The notes beneath the pieces were generated by a model that was given only the letters and a program-made list of their open reading frames with translations, was not told the origin of the DNA and ran no database searches. Of a stretch of DNA of 64,000 nt, positions 29,658 through 45,633 are shown in pieces. The position numbers were made by a program, and so were the translations under genes. The DNA is from Eledone cirrhosa (taxonomy: Eukaryota), in contig OZ024746.1 in NCBI GenBank assembly GCA_964016885.1, positions 42,532,001 through 42,596,000 on the forward strand, in the 5' to 3' direction. Within the stretch, counting starts at the first letter, position 1. Each line of letters opens with the position of its first letter.

Positions 29658-29711
29658 TTAGTATAATATATAATGATATATATATGTGTAAGGAGTAAAT
29701 TTTGTTTTTGA

Positions 29712-30920
29712 ATGTATTGCCTTCTCCTCCACTTATTTTTGCTTATATATTTGGTCAGCCTATTCCTCCTACATACACTTAAAGAAAAATTTCCTAACCA
29801 TATTTTTGGGCTTTATCGCGACGATGGTCTAATACTTTCCCATACCACCATAGGCCATAACTTAGATAGATTAAGGAAAGACTTAATAAAAACCTTCGTT
29901 AGTTTTAATCTTAAAATTACTATTGACACTAACCTTTCCAATGTAGATTTCCTAGATATAAACCTAGATTTGCCTACTGCTTCTTATAAACCGTACCATA
30001 AACCTAATGAAAACTTAAAATATATAAATAAAGGCTCTTGCCATCCTCCTATAGTTTTTAAAAACTTTATCCCTAATATTAGCCGTAGGATCTCCACCCT
30101 CTCTTCCTCAGAAGCTATTTTTAATAAGGGATCCCCCTACTATAATAAAGCCCTCCAAAATAGCGGTTTTAGCGAACCGATTAAATACATACCCAACTAT
30201 ACTAATTCTATTAAACATAAAAACAGGAAAAGAAAAATAATCTGGTTCCCCCCCCCCCCCTACTCTCTAGCAGTTAAAACTAATGTAGGCAAAAAATTCA
30301 TAGAGCTCCTAGATAAACATTTCCCTAGAACACATAGATACTATAAGATCTTTAATAGAAACTGTGTCAAAATTAGCTATTCCTGCGGTCCCCCTATTAA
30401 GTCCTATATCATCAACAAAAAATCACCTAGAGAACATAAAAATTGCTCCTGTAGAATCAAAAGTGAATGCCCATTACAAGGTAAATGCAACACCAAAACC
30501 ATTGTATATGCGGCTAAAGTGACAATCATCAGCAACAACCATCCAGCCACCAGTGAACGATATGCGGGTATGACGCAAGACAAATTCAAAACGCGTTATT
30601 ACTCACATGTCGCATCCTTTCGACATCCAGAAAAAAGATTTACAACAGCTCTGGCTAGCAGAATATGGGATTTGAAAGACCAAGGTATCCAATATAAATT
30701 GGATTGGTCAATTTTGAACCAATCTAAAGAATATGCAAGAGGAACAAGAAAATGCACGCTCTGCATAAATGAAAAATATTGTATCTTGCAAAATCTTAAA
30801 TCACCAAAGACCTGCCTGAACACAAAGACGGAAATTTTCACCAGTTGTCCACACATGAAATCACACCTGCTTTCCAGCGCATATAAACTTAACACACTTT
30901 CAGATACTTATCCTCCATAA
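29712..30920 (+). CDS. Penelope-like element ORF, 5'-truncated: RT C-terminal half + Cys linker + GIY-YIG endonuclease
   Basis: GLYRDDGL (RT motif C), VDFLDINLDL, YHKP...YIN..SCHP, CSCR..CPLQGKC linker, IVY...YAGMT...RY.SH (GIY-YIG), CTLC..EK..LN..E...CPH; open 402-aa frame. Confidence 0.92.
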   Translation: MYCLLLHLFLLIYLVSLFLLHTLKEKFPNHIFGLYRDDGLILSHTTIGHNLDRLRKDLIKTFVSFNLKITIDTNLSNVDFLDINLDLPTASYKPYHKPNENLKYINKGSCHPPIVFKNFIPNISRRISTLSSSEAIFNKGSPYYNKALQNSGFSEPIKYIPNYTNSIKHKNRKRKIIWFPPPPYSLAVKTNVGKKFIELLDKHFPRTHRYYKIFNRNCVKISYSCGPPIKSYIINKKSPREHKNCSCRIKSECPLQGKCNTKTIVYAAKVTIISNNHPATSERYAGMTQDKFKTRYYSHVASFRHPEKRFTTALASRIWDLKDQGIQYKLDWSILNQSKEYARGTRKCTLCINEKYCILQNLKSPKTCLNTKTEIFTSCPHMKSHLLSSAYKLNTLSDTYPP

Positions 30921-32270
30921 ACTCTTATTATTCTCTTTATAACTACCCTTTCTGATTTACTTTCATTTTTATCCTTATTATTAATTTCATTTTTATTTTT
31001 ATTTTTTTAATTTTTTTTACTTCACATCCACTAATAACCCCCCCCCCCCCCCACACACACACACTTTATTCTCCGATTCACTTACCTAATATCTTCACTT
31101 TCCCCTTTTTACTTCCCTATTTTCTTCACTAACTGATTATACGAGTCACTTGCGTTTTCCACTCCAGATATTTTTTATTTTTATTTTTTATTTTTTCGCA
31201 GCCAATCTTATAATTTTATTTTTGTACTTACTTATCCACAAGTATTTTACACCCTGTATCTATGTGTCTGAACGCCTTAATGTGTGTATACTTTCTATAT
31301 ATGTACACGAGCGCCTCTGTATGTGCGCGCGCGTTCCGTGTATATATATATATATATGTGTATGTATATGTGTCTTTATATCCGTGTTTTTACATCTATG
31401 TTTTTTGTTTTGTTTTTTTCTTCTTTCTTTTTTTACATCCTCTTTTTTATGCGTGTGCATGCAAACAGGTCAATATACATGAGTGTATGTATGTGTGTGT
31501 GTGTGTGTGTGTATGTACCGAATGTATGGATGTGTAAGTGTGCGTGTGTATATAAGCATGTATATTTTTGTGTGTGTGTGTGTGCGAGTGTCTATACAGT
31601 CGAGTGCGTGCGCGTGATTAGATATACATGGGGCGAGGCGTATATGCGTATATATGTGCATCCTGTGTGTGTAGATGTGCTTGCATACGCTTTTGTCTGC
31701 ACGTTTTTTGCATGTATATATATATATATTCCTTATAGATATGCGTTTCTTGTAGATATACGTGTGTGTGTACGCGTGTACCTTGTTTGTCTTCTTTTCT
31801 TTAATTTTTTCTTTCTAAATTATTGTTCCATTTTTATAAATATATCGAGAATGATACTTTCTTTTAATTATTACACTCCCTTACCTCTTTTACTTCCGCA
31901 TATAAGTGTGCGTATGTGTGGGTGTGTTTATACGCGTGCCTTCATATTCTTATAATGTATCTATTACCCTATTTCTGTGTACCTGCCAAACAGAAAACCA
32001 CATCATGTCTGTCTGTAGTTGACAGATACACAGATACACTCGCCCTTACACATATATTTACGCACACTTTTTCACTATACGTATACATTTGTACATACAC
32101 ATATATGTACATCTGTGAGCGTATATACATACATATACACACACCTAACTATATTTCTTGAAAGTATTTTTATATATTTCATATGGCTATTGTAATTCAT
32201 TTGTCTATATTAATATAATTTTTTTTGCTTTTCTTGATGAGACTTTCCAAGTATTTAGCCATGTTTTATA

Positions 32271-32346
32271 TTGCCTCGTCTGACGAACGAATGAAGACGT
32301 TTCTTTCGTATTCGCCTCATTCGGGAAACCTCTGGTAATGAGGTAA
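32271..32346 (+). ncRNA. Type I hammerhead ribozyme in PLE pseudo-LTR
   Basis: Stem I ttgcctcgt/atgaggtaa; CTGACGA (32280-86); stem II cgaatga/tcattcg with an A.G closing pair; GAAA-CC-tct-GG-TA; GUA cleavage after 32337. Confidence 0.82.
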
Positions 32347-33001
32347 TTATATTGTATTGATTTTTGTACATTAAACTTTGCTCTGGTACTTACATAGAGC
32401 ACTCTTCACTTCTATGACCTTTTCTGTTTTCAACGGAAATTTCAATACATATATATATATAATGCAGCAAAGAGGGAAGATAAAAATTCAGTCATTTCAT
32501 TCTTCTGACATATGCATCCTAATTTTTTTTAAATATGTCATGAGCAGAAACTTCTAATTTCTAAGTTTATGAAATAGAGCAGTTATATTTAGTCGAGCAT
32601 TTGTTGTGATATATGTGTATATCTGATTTAGAAAAGGCACAGTGTTTTCCTGTTTGTTGTAAGAATCTACAAAAAGGGTTGGTCAGGAGGGGCTCCAGCT
32701 AAAAAGTATTGCCTCAAAAAAGGTACTATGCAATGCATGCCAGCATGTGAAAGGAAAGTGGATGTAAAAATGATATGATGATGATGATATATATATATAT
32801 AAAGATTGCTGGGGGCATGTCTACACTTACATTTACATGTCCTGTTAAGTAGCGGTTGGACAAAAGAGTTCAATAATATAACTGCCAAACTTGAAACAAA
32901 TAAGTACTGGTGTCAATATGAATTACTAAATCAAGGTGGTACCCCAGCATGGCTAGAGTCTAATAACTGAAATCAATAAGAGAAAATCAAAATATAAATA
33001 T

Positions 33002-33050
<49 letters not shown>

Positions 33051-33053
<3 letters not shown>

Positions 33054-33580
33054 AAGTACAAAGTGAAACCTACAGTAGGCACCTCTAACAAAAATACACA
33101 CCCTGTCCCACTACCCCCACCCCATCCACACCACCCCTTTCAATGTAAAGTTATGTTGGCACCACAACATCCAGTCCGAAACAAAAGAGGTTGTGTAGGT
33201 GTCACGACAATAAAACACACAGTCCATGCTGTAATGTGGCCGTGTAGGCAACACGGTAAAAACCTCCCAGTCCACACTGTAAATGTGGTTGGTGTGGGGA
33301 AGGGCACCCAGCCGTAGAAAACCCGCCAGACGTGTAGGTGTCACGACAAAAAAACACACAGTCCACGCTGTAATGTGGCCGTGTAGGTAACACGGTAAAA
33401 ACCTCCCAGTCCACACTGTAAACGTGGTTGGTGTTAGGAAGGGCATCCAGCATAGAAAACCCACCAGACAGTCCTATGTGAGCAAAACAACCACTCTTGC
33501 CTCAAGTGGGAAAACTCCCGTCCAAACCCATGCAATCGTGGAAGATGGACGTTAAACGATGATGATGATGAGGATGATGA
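33051..33580 (+). mobile_element. RTE 3' UTR fragment with a 139-bp internal tandem duplication
   Basis: Homologous to ~53536-53933; gtgtaggtgtcacgacaa at 33193 and 33332. Confidence 0.88.
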
Positions 33581-33639
33581 TATATATATATTAATACTAA
33601 TAAGTAGGGACAAGGTGTTAAATTCTCATTAAGTTTATT

Positions 33640-33732
33640 CAGGTGTGATGTGTGTTTCACGATAGATCAGCTCAAATTTCAATCTCTATCGATCAGGCCC
33701 AACTCTAGAATCAGAAGCTCATCAGACTTCTG
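33640..33732 (-). ncRNA. Hammerhead-like motif with extended stem II (PLE-terminus remnant)
   Basis: Minus strand: cagaagt-CTGATGA-(~60-nt stem II)-GAAAcacacaTC-acacctg; paralog at 57366-57457. Confidence 0.55.
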
Positions 33733-36560
33733 TAATTTGACATCACAATCCCCAAACTATACACACACACACATATATATATATAAATATATATATATAT
33801 TATATTATTTATTTATGTTCTTGAGTGGAAAAAATATATCAGCTCTCATCACTGATTTTTCCTTTTTCACACCTACGAATATTTAATACACACACACACA
33901 CACACTCACACATATATATAATATAAAAGCTTATGTATATTATATATAAACTCACAAAACAATATCCTAATAAATTGAGAACAATAGGCATTACAAAAGA
34001 AAAAAAGGAAAACAAGAAATGCATGGAACTCTTCTGTTAATGATAATAGCAATATTTTAAGTGGGTAAATGCATTCAGAAACTTTAAATTATAAAAAAAA
34101 AACAACATTGTAAAATCATGTGATGATAGACACATACTGAGCCTAGATTACAAAAGAAAAGAAAATATATAATTTCTAGTTATCCTAAAATTATAATCTA
34201 TTTCCAACAATTTACCAAAAATTGTTATAAAACAAATATATTTAATATGAAGCATAAAAATATAAGAATTAATATAAAAAAGTACAGAAAGATTAATTCT
34301 TACAAATTTACAACAAGGGAATAATTAGTTATGAGGAGTGCTTTGAGAATTGATATAACTCTCCATTTCATCAATATATTGGAAACATTTTGATATTATT
34401 TGGATTTCAATTCAAAGAGCCATTGATCTGCATAACATAAATTTTGTTTGTAAAATCATTAAAAACATGTTTTGAAATATATGTTGAGTGATCTTATATA
34501 TAATAGTAGAGTCATAGCTAACTGTGTAGGCTGTATGTTAGCCTTCATATTTCATATCTGTAAATAAGTATCATGCAAAGCACAGTTAAATGCTGGAGAA
34601 AAACTAGATGTTTTGTTGACATAGTGTTGTGTTGGTATCTAACCATGGGTATAACATAGACAACCATTCTGTTGAAGTCAACAATTAATTTTCTGTTGTT
34701 GATATATCTGATTAAGAAATCTCAAGTAAATATCTATCATATTTGTATGATATTGCTTGATTTGTTTCAAAAGAATTATAAAATTATATTTTAACAACTT
34801 AATGAACTAATAGAATTTCATTGAAATTCAGTTCGATAGAGGTCAAAAGTTAAATAAAGAAAATAAGATAGAGCACAGCATATGTAAAGTAATTAAGAAG
34901 AGAAAATGTTACAGAATAAAGAGAATTAAGTAAAGTGTCTTATGGAATATAAAGAGATAAGTATACTTATCTACTTAATTTTAAGTAGAGTGAGTTGATT
35001 ATCAATTCTTAATGTATAGAATATTGTGTAAATATTTGTATCTAAAGTGGCTACTTATCATTGAGTGAAATCTCAGTTCTGAATCCAGGTTTAAATAGCC
35101 TAGCAGGAAGATGACACCAGTAAAAATTACAGCAAGGGATTGCAGATGTACATGCAGGTGAGCTAAAACGGCCAACAACTTGAACAGTAAAGACAACTTT
35201 CTCAAAAGATTTGCATTCTCACATTTTGTTATACAAACCAATCCCAAACATAAAAACAGTGATTAAATTTGCAACAACTAAATCATGCAGTTATAACATT
35301 TTCAGTATTAATTTTCTGTTTAAATATTCATAATTTTGAAGAAAGTTTGCTCATTTCTATTAAGATGTGTACATTTTTGAGCCACAAAAATGTATTTGAT
35401 ATAAGGGAATTTAAGTACTCTAAATATTCATTACAAGTCAATTGTTTTGTCTATTTTCTAGATTTGATTTGTGGAGTTGACTAATTCATGAGGACAGAAA
35501 TGTACACTACAATCTAAAATCCTGTATCACTAGGCAAAGGGGCAGATACTAAATAAAATAAAAAAAAATGGAGAAACATGAACTACAATTATAATGATTT
35601 CTACTTTAGGCACAAATTCAGTAATTTAAGTCAATGAAATCAACCTGAATAGTTGATTAGTACTTTATTTAATAAACCACTTCAATAACCTTTTGTTTAA
35701 ATGTTGATGTATATTTGTTGTTTTACTTGAGTGTACCTTTACACAAAATAACGGGGAAATTTCAAGACTAATGACTGTAATCCACAATTGCTGAATAGGA
35801 ACTGACACCAGCTGAGTTACAAATGGAGGTTCTGCTCTGACCTTAATGTAACATATTAAAAGATTTCTTTTAAGGTTTCCATGCCAAATTATACTATCCC
35901 CCCCCCCTTTTTTTTTTGTTACTATTGCTGTCCATCTTTTTAATGTTTAAACTAACATTTCAAATTACTAGTATTTTTTTCACTGATGCCTTTCATATAA
36001 TCTCACTGATCATCATAGCTGTGAGAAATTATCAACAGTTGGATTTCCAATTGAATCCTGCATAAATATAAGAAAGAATCACAACTCTGTTCTACTATGA
36101 AACAATAAAATCTATGAAGAACTACTATTGATTTCTACAAGAATAACAGCACAAGTCCATATTTTGGAGCCAAAAACAGAAGGTCAACATTTTCGCGAGT
36201 ATGTAGGGTAATTCAATCAATATATTTAATTTGAATGTTTTTAATTATATGTAACACCTGGTTCTTGAATTTAAAAAATGAGCCCCCTTTTCTAACTTGA
36301 AAATGTAAGACAGCAAAATGTTATTAAAAGAAACTAGCTCTACTTTTTAATCAAATAATGAAACAATATTAAAAGATCTACATTATATATTGTTCCATAA
36401 GTGCTGTATGTTGTGTAGTGTGGATTCATCAGCAAATATATTCAGATTCAGGCTTAATATCTATAGTTAAAATACAGCAATTATAAGGAAACATATAGGT
36501 TGATTTACTGTAATGGTTGGTTGACATTCCCTTGTAAAGGCAAGCCTGCATACATTTATT

Positions 36561-36577
36561 CATATATATATACATAC

Positions 36578-36638
<61 letters not shown>

Positions 36639-36659
36639 CAAACACACGTATATATACAT

Positions 36660-36690
<31 letters not shown>

Positions 36691-37037
36691 CATATACATA
36701 CATATATATATATACATATACATACATATACATATATATATACATATACATACATATACATATATACATATACATACATATACATATACATACATATATA
36801 TATATATACATACATATATATACATGTACATACATATATATACATATACATACATATATATATATACATATACATACATATATATATACATATACATACA
36901 TATATATATACATATACATACATATATATATATACATATACATACATATATACATATACATACATATATATATATATACATATATATATACATATATACA
37001 TATATATATACATATATACATATACATACATATATAC

Positions 37038-37085
<48 letters not shown>

Positions 37086-37472
37086 ACATATACATACATA
37101 TATATAAACGTTTGAATATGTGTAATAAAGCCAAAACAATGCAGATATGGACATAGAAAAAAAGAATGCAATTGTAAAAGATGTTGATAATTCGTCCTTT
37201 ACCTTGAATTTATGAAAATGTCCTTAATTTTCGAGATAATATCTCTTCTACGGAGGGAAATAAAGGTCTCAAACCAGCGCTTTAAATATCTAGCCAAGCC
37301 ATGCTGACAGGAAATAGTATAGATGTATATATATATACATATACATACATATATATATATACATATACATACATATATATATATATATACATATACATAT
37401 ACATACATATATATATATATATACATATACATACATATATATACATATATATATATACATATACATACACAC

Positions 37473-37504
<32 letters not shown>

Positions 37505-37531
37505 TATTATACATACATATATATATAAACA

Positions 37532-37605
<74 letters not shown>

Positions 37606-38215
37606 CATACATATATATATACATATATATATATATTTATATATATACATACATATATACATATACATATACATACATATATATATACATATACATACAT
37701 ATATATATATATACATACATATATATATACACATATACATACATATATACATATACATACATATATATATATATACATATACATACATATATATATATAT
37801 ACATATACATACATATATATATATATATAATATATACATACATACATATATATATATACATATACATACATATATATATATACATACATACATATATATA
37901 TATACATATACATACATATATATATATATACATATACATACATTTATATATATATACATATAAATACATATATATATATATACATATACATACATACATA
38001 TATATATATACATATACAAACATATATATATATATATACATATACATACATTTATATATATATACATACATATATATACATATACATACATATATATATA
38101 CATATACATACATATATATATACATATACATACATATATATATATACATATACATACATATATATACACATATACATACATATATATATACATATACATA
38201 CATATATATACATAC

Positions 38216-38284
<69 letters not shown>

Positions 38285-38797
38285 CATACATACATATATA
38301 TATATATATACATACATATATATATATACATACATATATATATACATATATATATTTATATATATATATACATACACATATATATATACATATACATACA
38401 TATATATATATACATATACATACATATATATGTATATATATACATATACATACATATATATATACATATACATACATATATATGTATATATATACATATA
38501 CATACATATATATATATATATATACATACATATATATACATAGATATATATACATACATACATATATATATATATATACATACATACATACATATATATA
38601 TACATATACATACATACATATATATATATACATATACATACACATATATATATATATATATACATACACATATATATATATACATATACATACATATATA
38701 TATATATATACATATACATACACATATATATATATACATATACATACATATATATATATATATACATATACATACATATATATATACATATACATAC

Positions 38798-38841
<44 letters not shown>

Positions 38842-39123
38842 ATACATATATATATATATACATATACATACATATATATATATATATATACATATACATG
38901 CATATATATATATATATACATACACATATATATATATATACATACAAACATATATATATATATACATATACATACATATATATATATATATACACGCATA
39001 TATATATATATACATACACACATATATATATATATACATACACACATATATATATATACATACACACACATATATATATATATACATACACACACATATA
39101 TATATATATACATACACACACAC

Positions 39124-39182
<59 letters not shown>

Positions 39183-39300
39183 CATACATACATATATATA
39201 TACATATATATACATACACACACATAATTACATAGACACGCACACACACATACATACATACGCACACACATATATATATATAAACACACACATATATATA
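36561..39300. repeat. ~2.7-kb compound TA/TACA microsatellite with a unique island at ~37105-37325
   Basis: Direct; recurring TACATATACATACATA(TA)n sub-unit. Confidence 0.96.
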
Positions 39301-40136
39301 TAAGAACATTAAAAGCCTAAATGTTTTTCTCAATACTTAAAAACAAACATGGAGGAATTTTCTTCGAGGTTTTACATGATTGTGTGTGCAGACCACACAT
39401 CGTTGCTTAAATGTTTATTGGTATACTATGTTTATTGGCATACATTAAAATGTTATTCTATAAAATAAATCCTTATCTATAAAACAATGTTGTTTTTATG
39501 AATTAATAGCATTTTAATGTTATCTACAGAGAATCTTGAGAATATCTAGCAATTTTTCTTCAATGAACGAGTGTGTGCCGGCTTGTTACAGGATAAGAAT
39601 AAGAGAAAGGTGTAAAAACAACTAGTCAGTGAGCTCTGTAAAGAGGAATAGTTATTTTAAGCAAAAGAGAGACAGCAGTATACTGAGGTAAGCCTTTTTA
39701 TCCAAGCTGGTTCTTTCACAGATAACTAATCAATACATGGCTGTTTTGTTATTGTGTTCTAGCAAACCAATGAATATAAGGAAAGATATCTTTAATGAAA
39801 ACTTTAAAACGTCTGACAAATGTGAAAGGGACAAATGTAAAAAATGACAAATAATTTAATAATTTATTTTTATTTTATATTGCAATTGGTAACCAATAGT
39901 GTTAGAAGATTCCAGTAGGCCAATTACTAACTCACTGTAACTCTGGTGGCAAGAGCTCTAATGGAGTCTCTAAGATTTGGTCATCATCTCTATCTCTCTA
40001 TTTCTTCTTTAATTTCTCATTCTATCTTCTGATGAAGGAATAGTGTCCAAAAATTGTAAGACACTTTTCCTACTAAATCAATCATTAAACTAATATATTT
40101 CTTTATGTTTGTTTTATTGTTTCCATTTACTTTTCG

Positions 40137-40212
<76 letters not shown>

Positions 40213-40217
40213 TATAT

Positions 40218-40701
40218 TTATTAAAATAACAGATTAAAGTTTAAGCAAAGAATCACTGCTTTCACCCTTAACGGGATCTTCTGAAACTAAAAATATCAAT
40301 CTGTCAACGCAGAAGTAAATATTTCGAAAAACGTTGTAACCGAAGGAAGACAGAAGACGATACTTTGGTTCGAGGAAACGTGCCCTGGTAAAGAACGGAA
40401 AAAAATGAAGATAATACGTCATAATGAGGAGTGGTGAAAACAATTACACGCAAAGACAAAACCATGTTTATGGTATGTTTTCACCGCTCCTAATTATGAC
40501 GTATTATCTTCATTTTTTTCCGCTCTTTGCCAGGGAACGTTTCCACGAACCAAAGTATCGTCTTCTGTCTTCCTTCAGTTGCAACGTTTTTCGAAATATT
40601 TACTTCTGCGTTCACAGATAGATATTTTTAGTTTCAGAAGATCCTGTTAAGGGTGAAAGCAGCGATTCGTTGCTTAAACTTTAATCTGTTATTTTAATAA
40701 A
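40218..40701. mobile_element. Fold-back (inverted pseudo-LTR pair) of PLE family 2 termini
   Basis: ~225-bp arms (40218-40442 / 40477-40701) homologous to 49710-49935; (TA)n on both sides. Confidence 0.88.
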
Positions 40702-40825
40702 TATATATATATATATATTACACTGAATACTAACCATTACTTATTACTAATTTATACTTATTCCTAATTAAACTATTTTTCACTGGAAAAAATCTGTCAG
40801 CATTTTCTTTTCCTTTTCACTAAAA

Positions 40826-42156
<1,331 letters not shown>

Positions 42157-44194
42157 TTTATATTTATTAAAATAACAGATTGAAGTTTAAGCAAACAATC
42201 GCTGCTTTCACCCTTAACGGGATCTTCTGATATAGATATATATATATATTCGAAGAGGGCTCGATAAGGATTCATCATTATCATCATTTTACGTCTGCTT
42301 TTCCCTGCTTGCAAGGGTGGGATGGGTCCTATTCAGCACAGCATCTCTCCATATAGGTGTAATATAAAATAAGGGCATAATATAAGATAAGTGTTGAATG
42401 TGTGATAAAGGTCCAGAGTGTTTAAAGTAAGAGAGTGTTCAAGGTGTAATATATATATATATAAACCCGTAGAGCAAATATTTATTATAAGAACAGATTA
42501 AAGTTTAAGCAAAGAATCGCGATATATATATATATATATATCATTATCATCAACACCTTCCATTGTACAAATGATTTCAAGGCTTGTCATTCCTTTTATA
42601 CACAGTAATAATAATTTGAAGAAAAATCCTGTATTAAATATTGGAAATAATGCTATGCTAATGTTGATATTTATGCAATCATTGTCGTCATTATTATTTC
42701 CCAACCACTTTCCCTACTAGCATGGATTAGTAGGGTCATCATGGTGTGAGTAAGTTATTTGGAGTTACTGTCATTCTAGATAAATTAGTAAATCAAATCT
42801 TGCTTGTAAATATTTTTGCATGGTTTCTACAATATTTTTTTCTGTGAGCAGTATTCCTGCAAAGACAGCCTCCACATTCACTACACCTTTTGCATCCAAT
42901 TCTACCTTGCACCCTTACACACCCCAAAATAACAAATATTCTATTTTCCATTACACATATACATCAGGTCACTTCAAACTAAAATGGCCACTAGACTGAA
43001 CAATCTCCTTTCATTTATCATCAAACAATGTCTCCATCCTCATCAATCTCTCGCTCTCTTTCTGAATATATTCAATCCTTGTAAATATGCAAGAATGTGT
43101 TCCATTTTCAAGAATATTATTACATTTACTCCAGGTATATCAAAATGTAATGAAAATAACCATTAAACTTCCCTAATAGCTTCAATCTTTCTCCCTCCAT
43201 AATGACTAATATTGACACCTATACTTGTATGGCATTCAGCAGCAAGCTCTTACCCTCAAAAACTTTCCGTTAACTTCAACATACAAACACAATGAATATA
43301 TTTGAAACTGAAGTAGAAGTTTTTGCCATATTTTTTATTACAAAATAATCTAATAACAGGGAATATAAGCCCCCTGAATCGAAACAAATGAACATCACAC
43401 GTGGGTGTTAAACCAATACCTCCTGTTTGCCTGACAAAGTGTGCTAGGAGGTGTGGGTTTGACCTCCACATGTGTTGATGCCCATTTTTTTTCCATTCAA
43501 GGGGCTATGTGCTGTTCTTATACTATTTTGTGTAGTAAAAAATACATCAAAAGCTAATTCAATTTTCAAATATTACTCATCTTCTAAACACACATGATTT
43601 ACATAAATGTTTCCCCCAACACTCACACACGGCTTTACACTCCAGATCACGTAATGCCTCTGTTCCTCATGACTCAAAATATTGTCAAACCTCTTACCTT
43701 CCACATCTTCTCATCTAGTTTCTTGTTTAACTACATGATATTGTTATTTGCTCTCTCCTTATAATCTTAGCAGTATTATTCTACCACCATGCCACCTTTT
43801 GTCTGACTGAAACCTTGCTTCAATCACTAATATTATTCATTACCTACAGCAGGTTGTCTCAGAAATTCTCAGTTCTTTGCTGTGTTCTAAGTCTACTCCT
43901 AGAACCACTCTAATCTTTCACCTGAAGATTGTCTCATTTCACTGTCAACTTTATCCAACAACCTATGTCTACTGATCTAAAACAATATATCACATTAACT
44001 ACAATAGAATATCTTAATGGAAGCTATGCAACATCAGAACAGATTACATCAGCACTTCTGCATTTAAAGCTCACTTCTTACCTAAGCCTAGAATTGATAC
44101 TCTGTAGCATCAGTGATTCAGTAAGAGTAATAACTGACTAAAGGTTCTTATTAGTAAATTAGTTCATACAAATCTGTATGAACTACAAAATAAT

Positions 44195-44380
44195 TTCCTG
44201 CAGAGGATTTATTGGAACTAGGGTTGACTTGCTGTCCAGAGGCCTTGGACAGACTCAAAAGAATGGAAACACCTTTCAAAGAAATTATCAGAGGCTGCTA
44301 ACAAAGCATGTCTCTATACCTGGCTCAAGAGAGAAGACAAATGATGCATTTGCGGTAGATGGAGACAAGTTGTGAACTCT
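44195..44380 (+). pseudogene. Degraded R2/Hero-like (restriction-like endonuclease) LINE C-terminal fragment
   Basis: CRGFIG...LG, then after a frameshift KLSEAANKACLYTWLKRED, resembling the Hero-type terminus (GCRGF...LSEAAE.AS.W.WLKR). Confidence 0.55.
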
Positions 44381-45597
44381 GCTGTTGTGCAGGAGTTTTG
44401 CCTCTTTCAGCATTACAATATCTTTCATAATATTACTGCTGATAAATAACATCTTGAGTAGTCAATTCAGTAATGATAAACACAACAACTAATAGAGTTA
44501 ACATATCTGACCATTGATTCTTTCCTTTGACATTCTAACTACAAGTCTCTAGTATTGCAATTGTGATCTCTCAATTAAGAGAAGTAGCAGCTCTATCTGT
44601 AGCAACTCCTTGATCTCCAAGCTAAAACCACTGTCAAGTAATGTTATTCGAAAGACCCTTCAGAGGACCCCATTCCAGCTGCTGGTAATTGCAATTGTAT
44701 TCTTTCAGTCATTACCTGACAGTAAAATTTCTTCTGACATATTTCTTAGCAGTTAAACAGTATCCTTAAATAGACTGATCTAACTTCATAGGTCCTTTTG
44801 ACCCAAGTGGGTAATTCCAACTTAAATGGTACATTCTATCAATTGCCTCAACCCTGACACTATATTCTTACCAAGTTGTGGACTCTATGATAATGGCACT
44901 GAAATTCAGTATTGTTGACCAATTTAGATAATTTAAATTGTTTATAGAGCTTTATTACAGAATATGATATTTATGACATCATCAATATATGTGTAGTGGA
45001 CAGAAAAATCTACTCTTCAACTTGTCCAGATAATGAAATTTGGTTCATTAAAACTGCCTGGTTACTTCCCTTTATGCAATAACTAAAATATTTACCTGCC
45101 ACTAGATTACTTTCTACTAAATGACACTTTAACTGTTAATTAATGTATTATATAAGTTTATTATAAGCCATTTGCCTCTTTAACTTCAACTAATAATTAA
45201 TGACTTTTAACTATTTTCATAGTTTCTACCATAAGACACATTAATTTTATTTATTATTTAACAATATATAAAGATGATTTATCTTAGTTTGTAATTTACG
45301 TACACAAGTGCAAGCAGATAGACAGAAACACTAATCTTCTAATGTTGTGAATATTTTATGAATTCAATAAATGATTGCCTTCATAGTATAGGTGTGACCA
45401 TTGTCATCATCATCGTTTTTATACTTATTGTTTTCACACAAGCATGAGTTGCATGAGATACTTTAAGACAGAATTCTATAGCTAGATGCCCTTCCTGATG
45501 TGAGCGCTCAAATGTCTCTGGTTGGAATTTTGAATGCAATGAGAAAAGATGATCAAACAAATAGACACACACACACGCATATATATGTATACACATA

Positions 45598-45633
<36 letters not shown>

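Larger units (their letters stand above)
29686..32447 (+). mobile_element. Penelope-like retroelement family 1 (possibly Hydra-type C-terminal EN+ clade) with long 3' region and HHR
   Basis: ORF above, a long pyrimidine- and GT-rich 3' region, HHR at 32271; short (TA)n on both flanks. Clade assignment is inference. Confidence 0.8.

Noticed and set aside
31150-32161. ORFs downstream of the Penelope ORF
   Set aside because: Low-complexity GT/TA-rich 3' region of the PLE
36375-36440. Minus-strand CTGATGA-atcca...tgga hammerhead candidate
   Set aside because: GAAA replaced by ACAA and no valid NUH next to stem I
39529-39687. Plus-strand exon candidate ending gag|gtaagc
   Set aside because: Stops in all three frames
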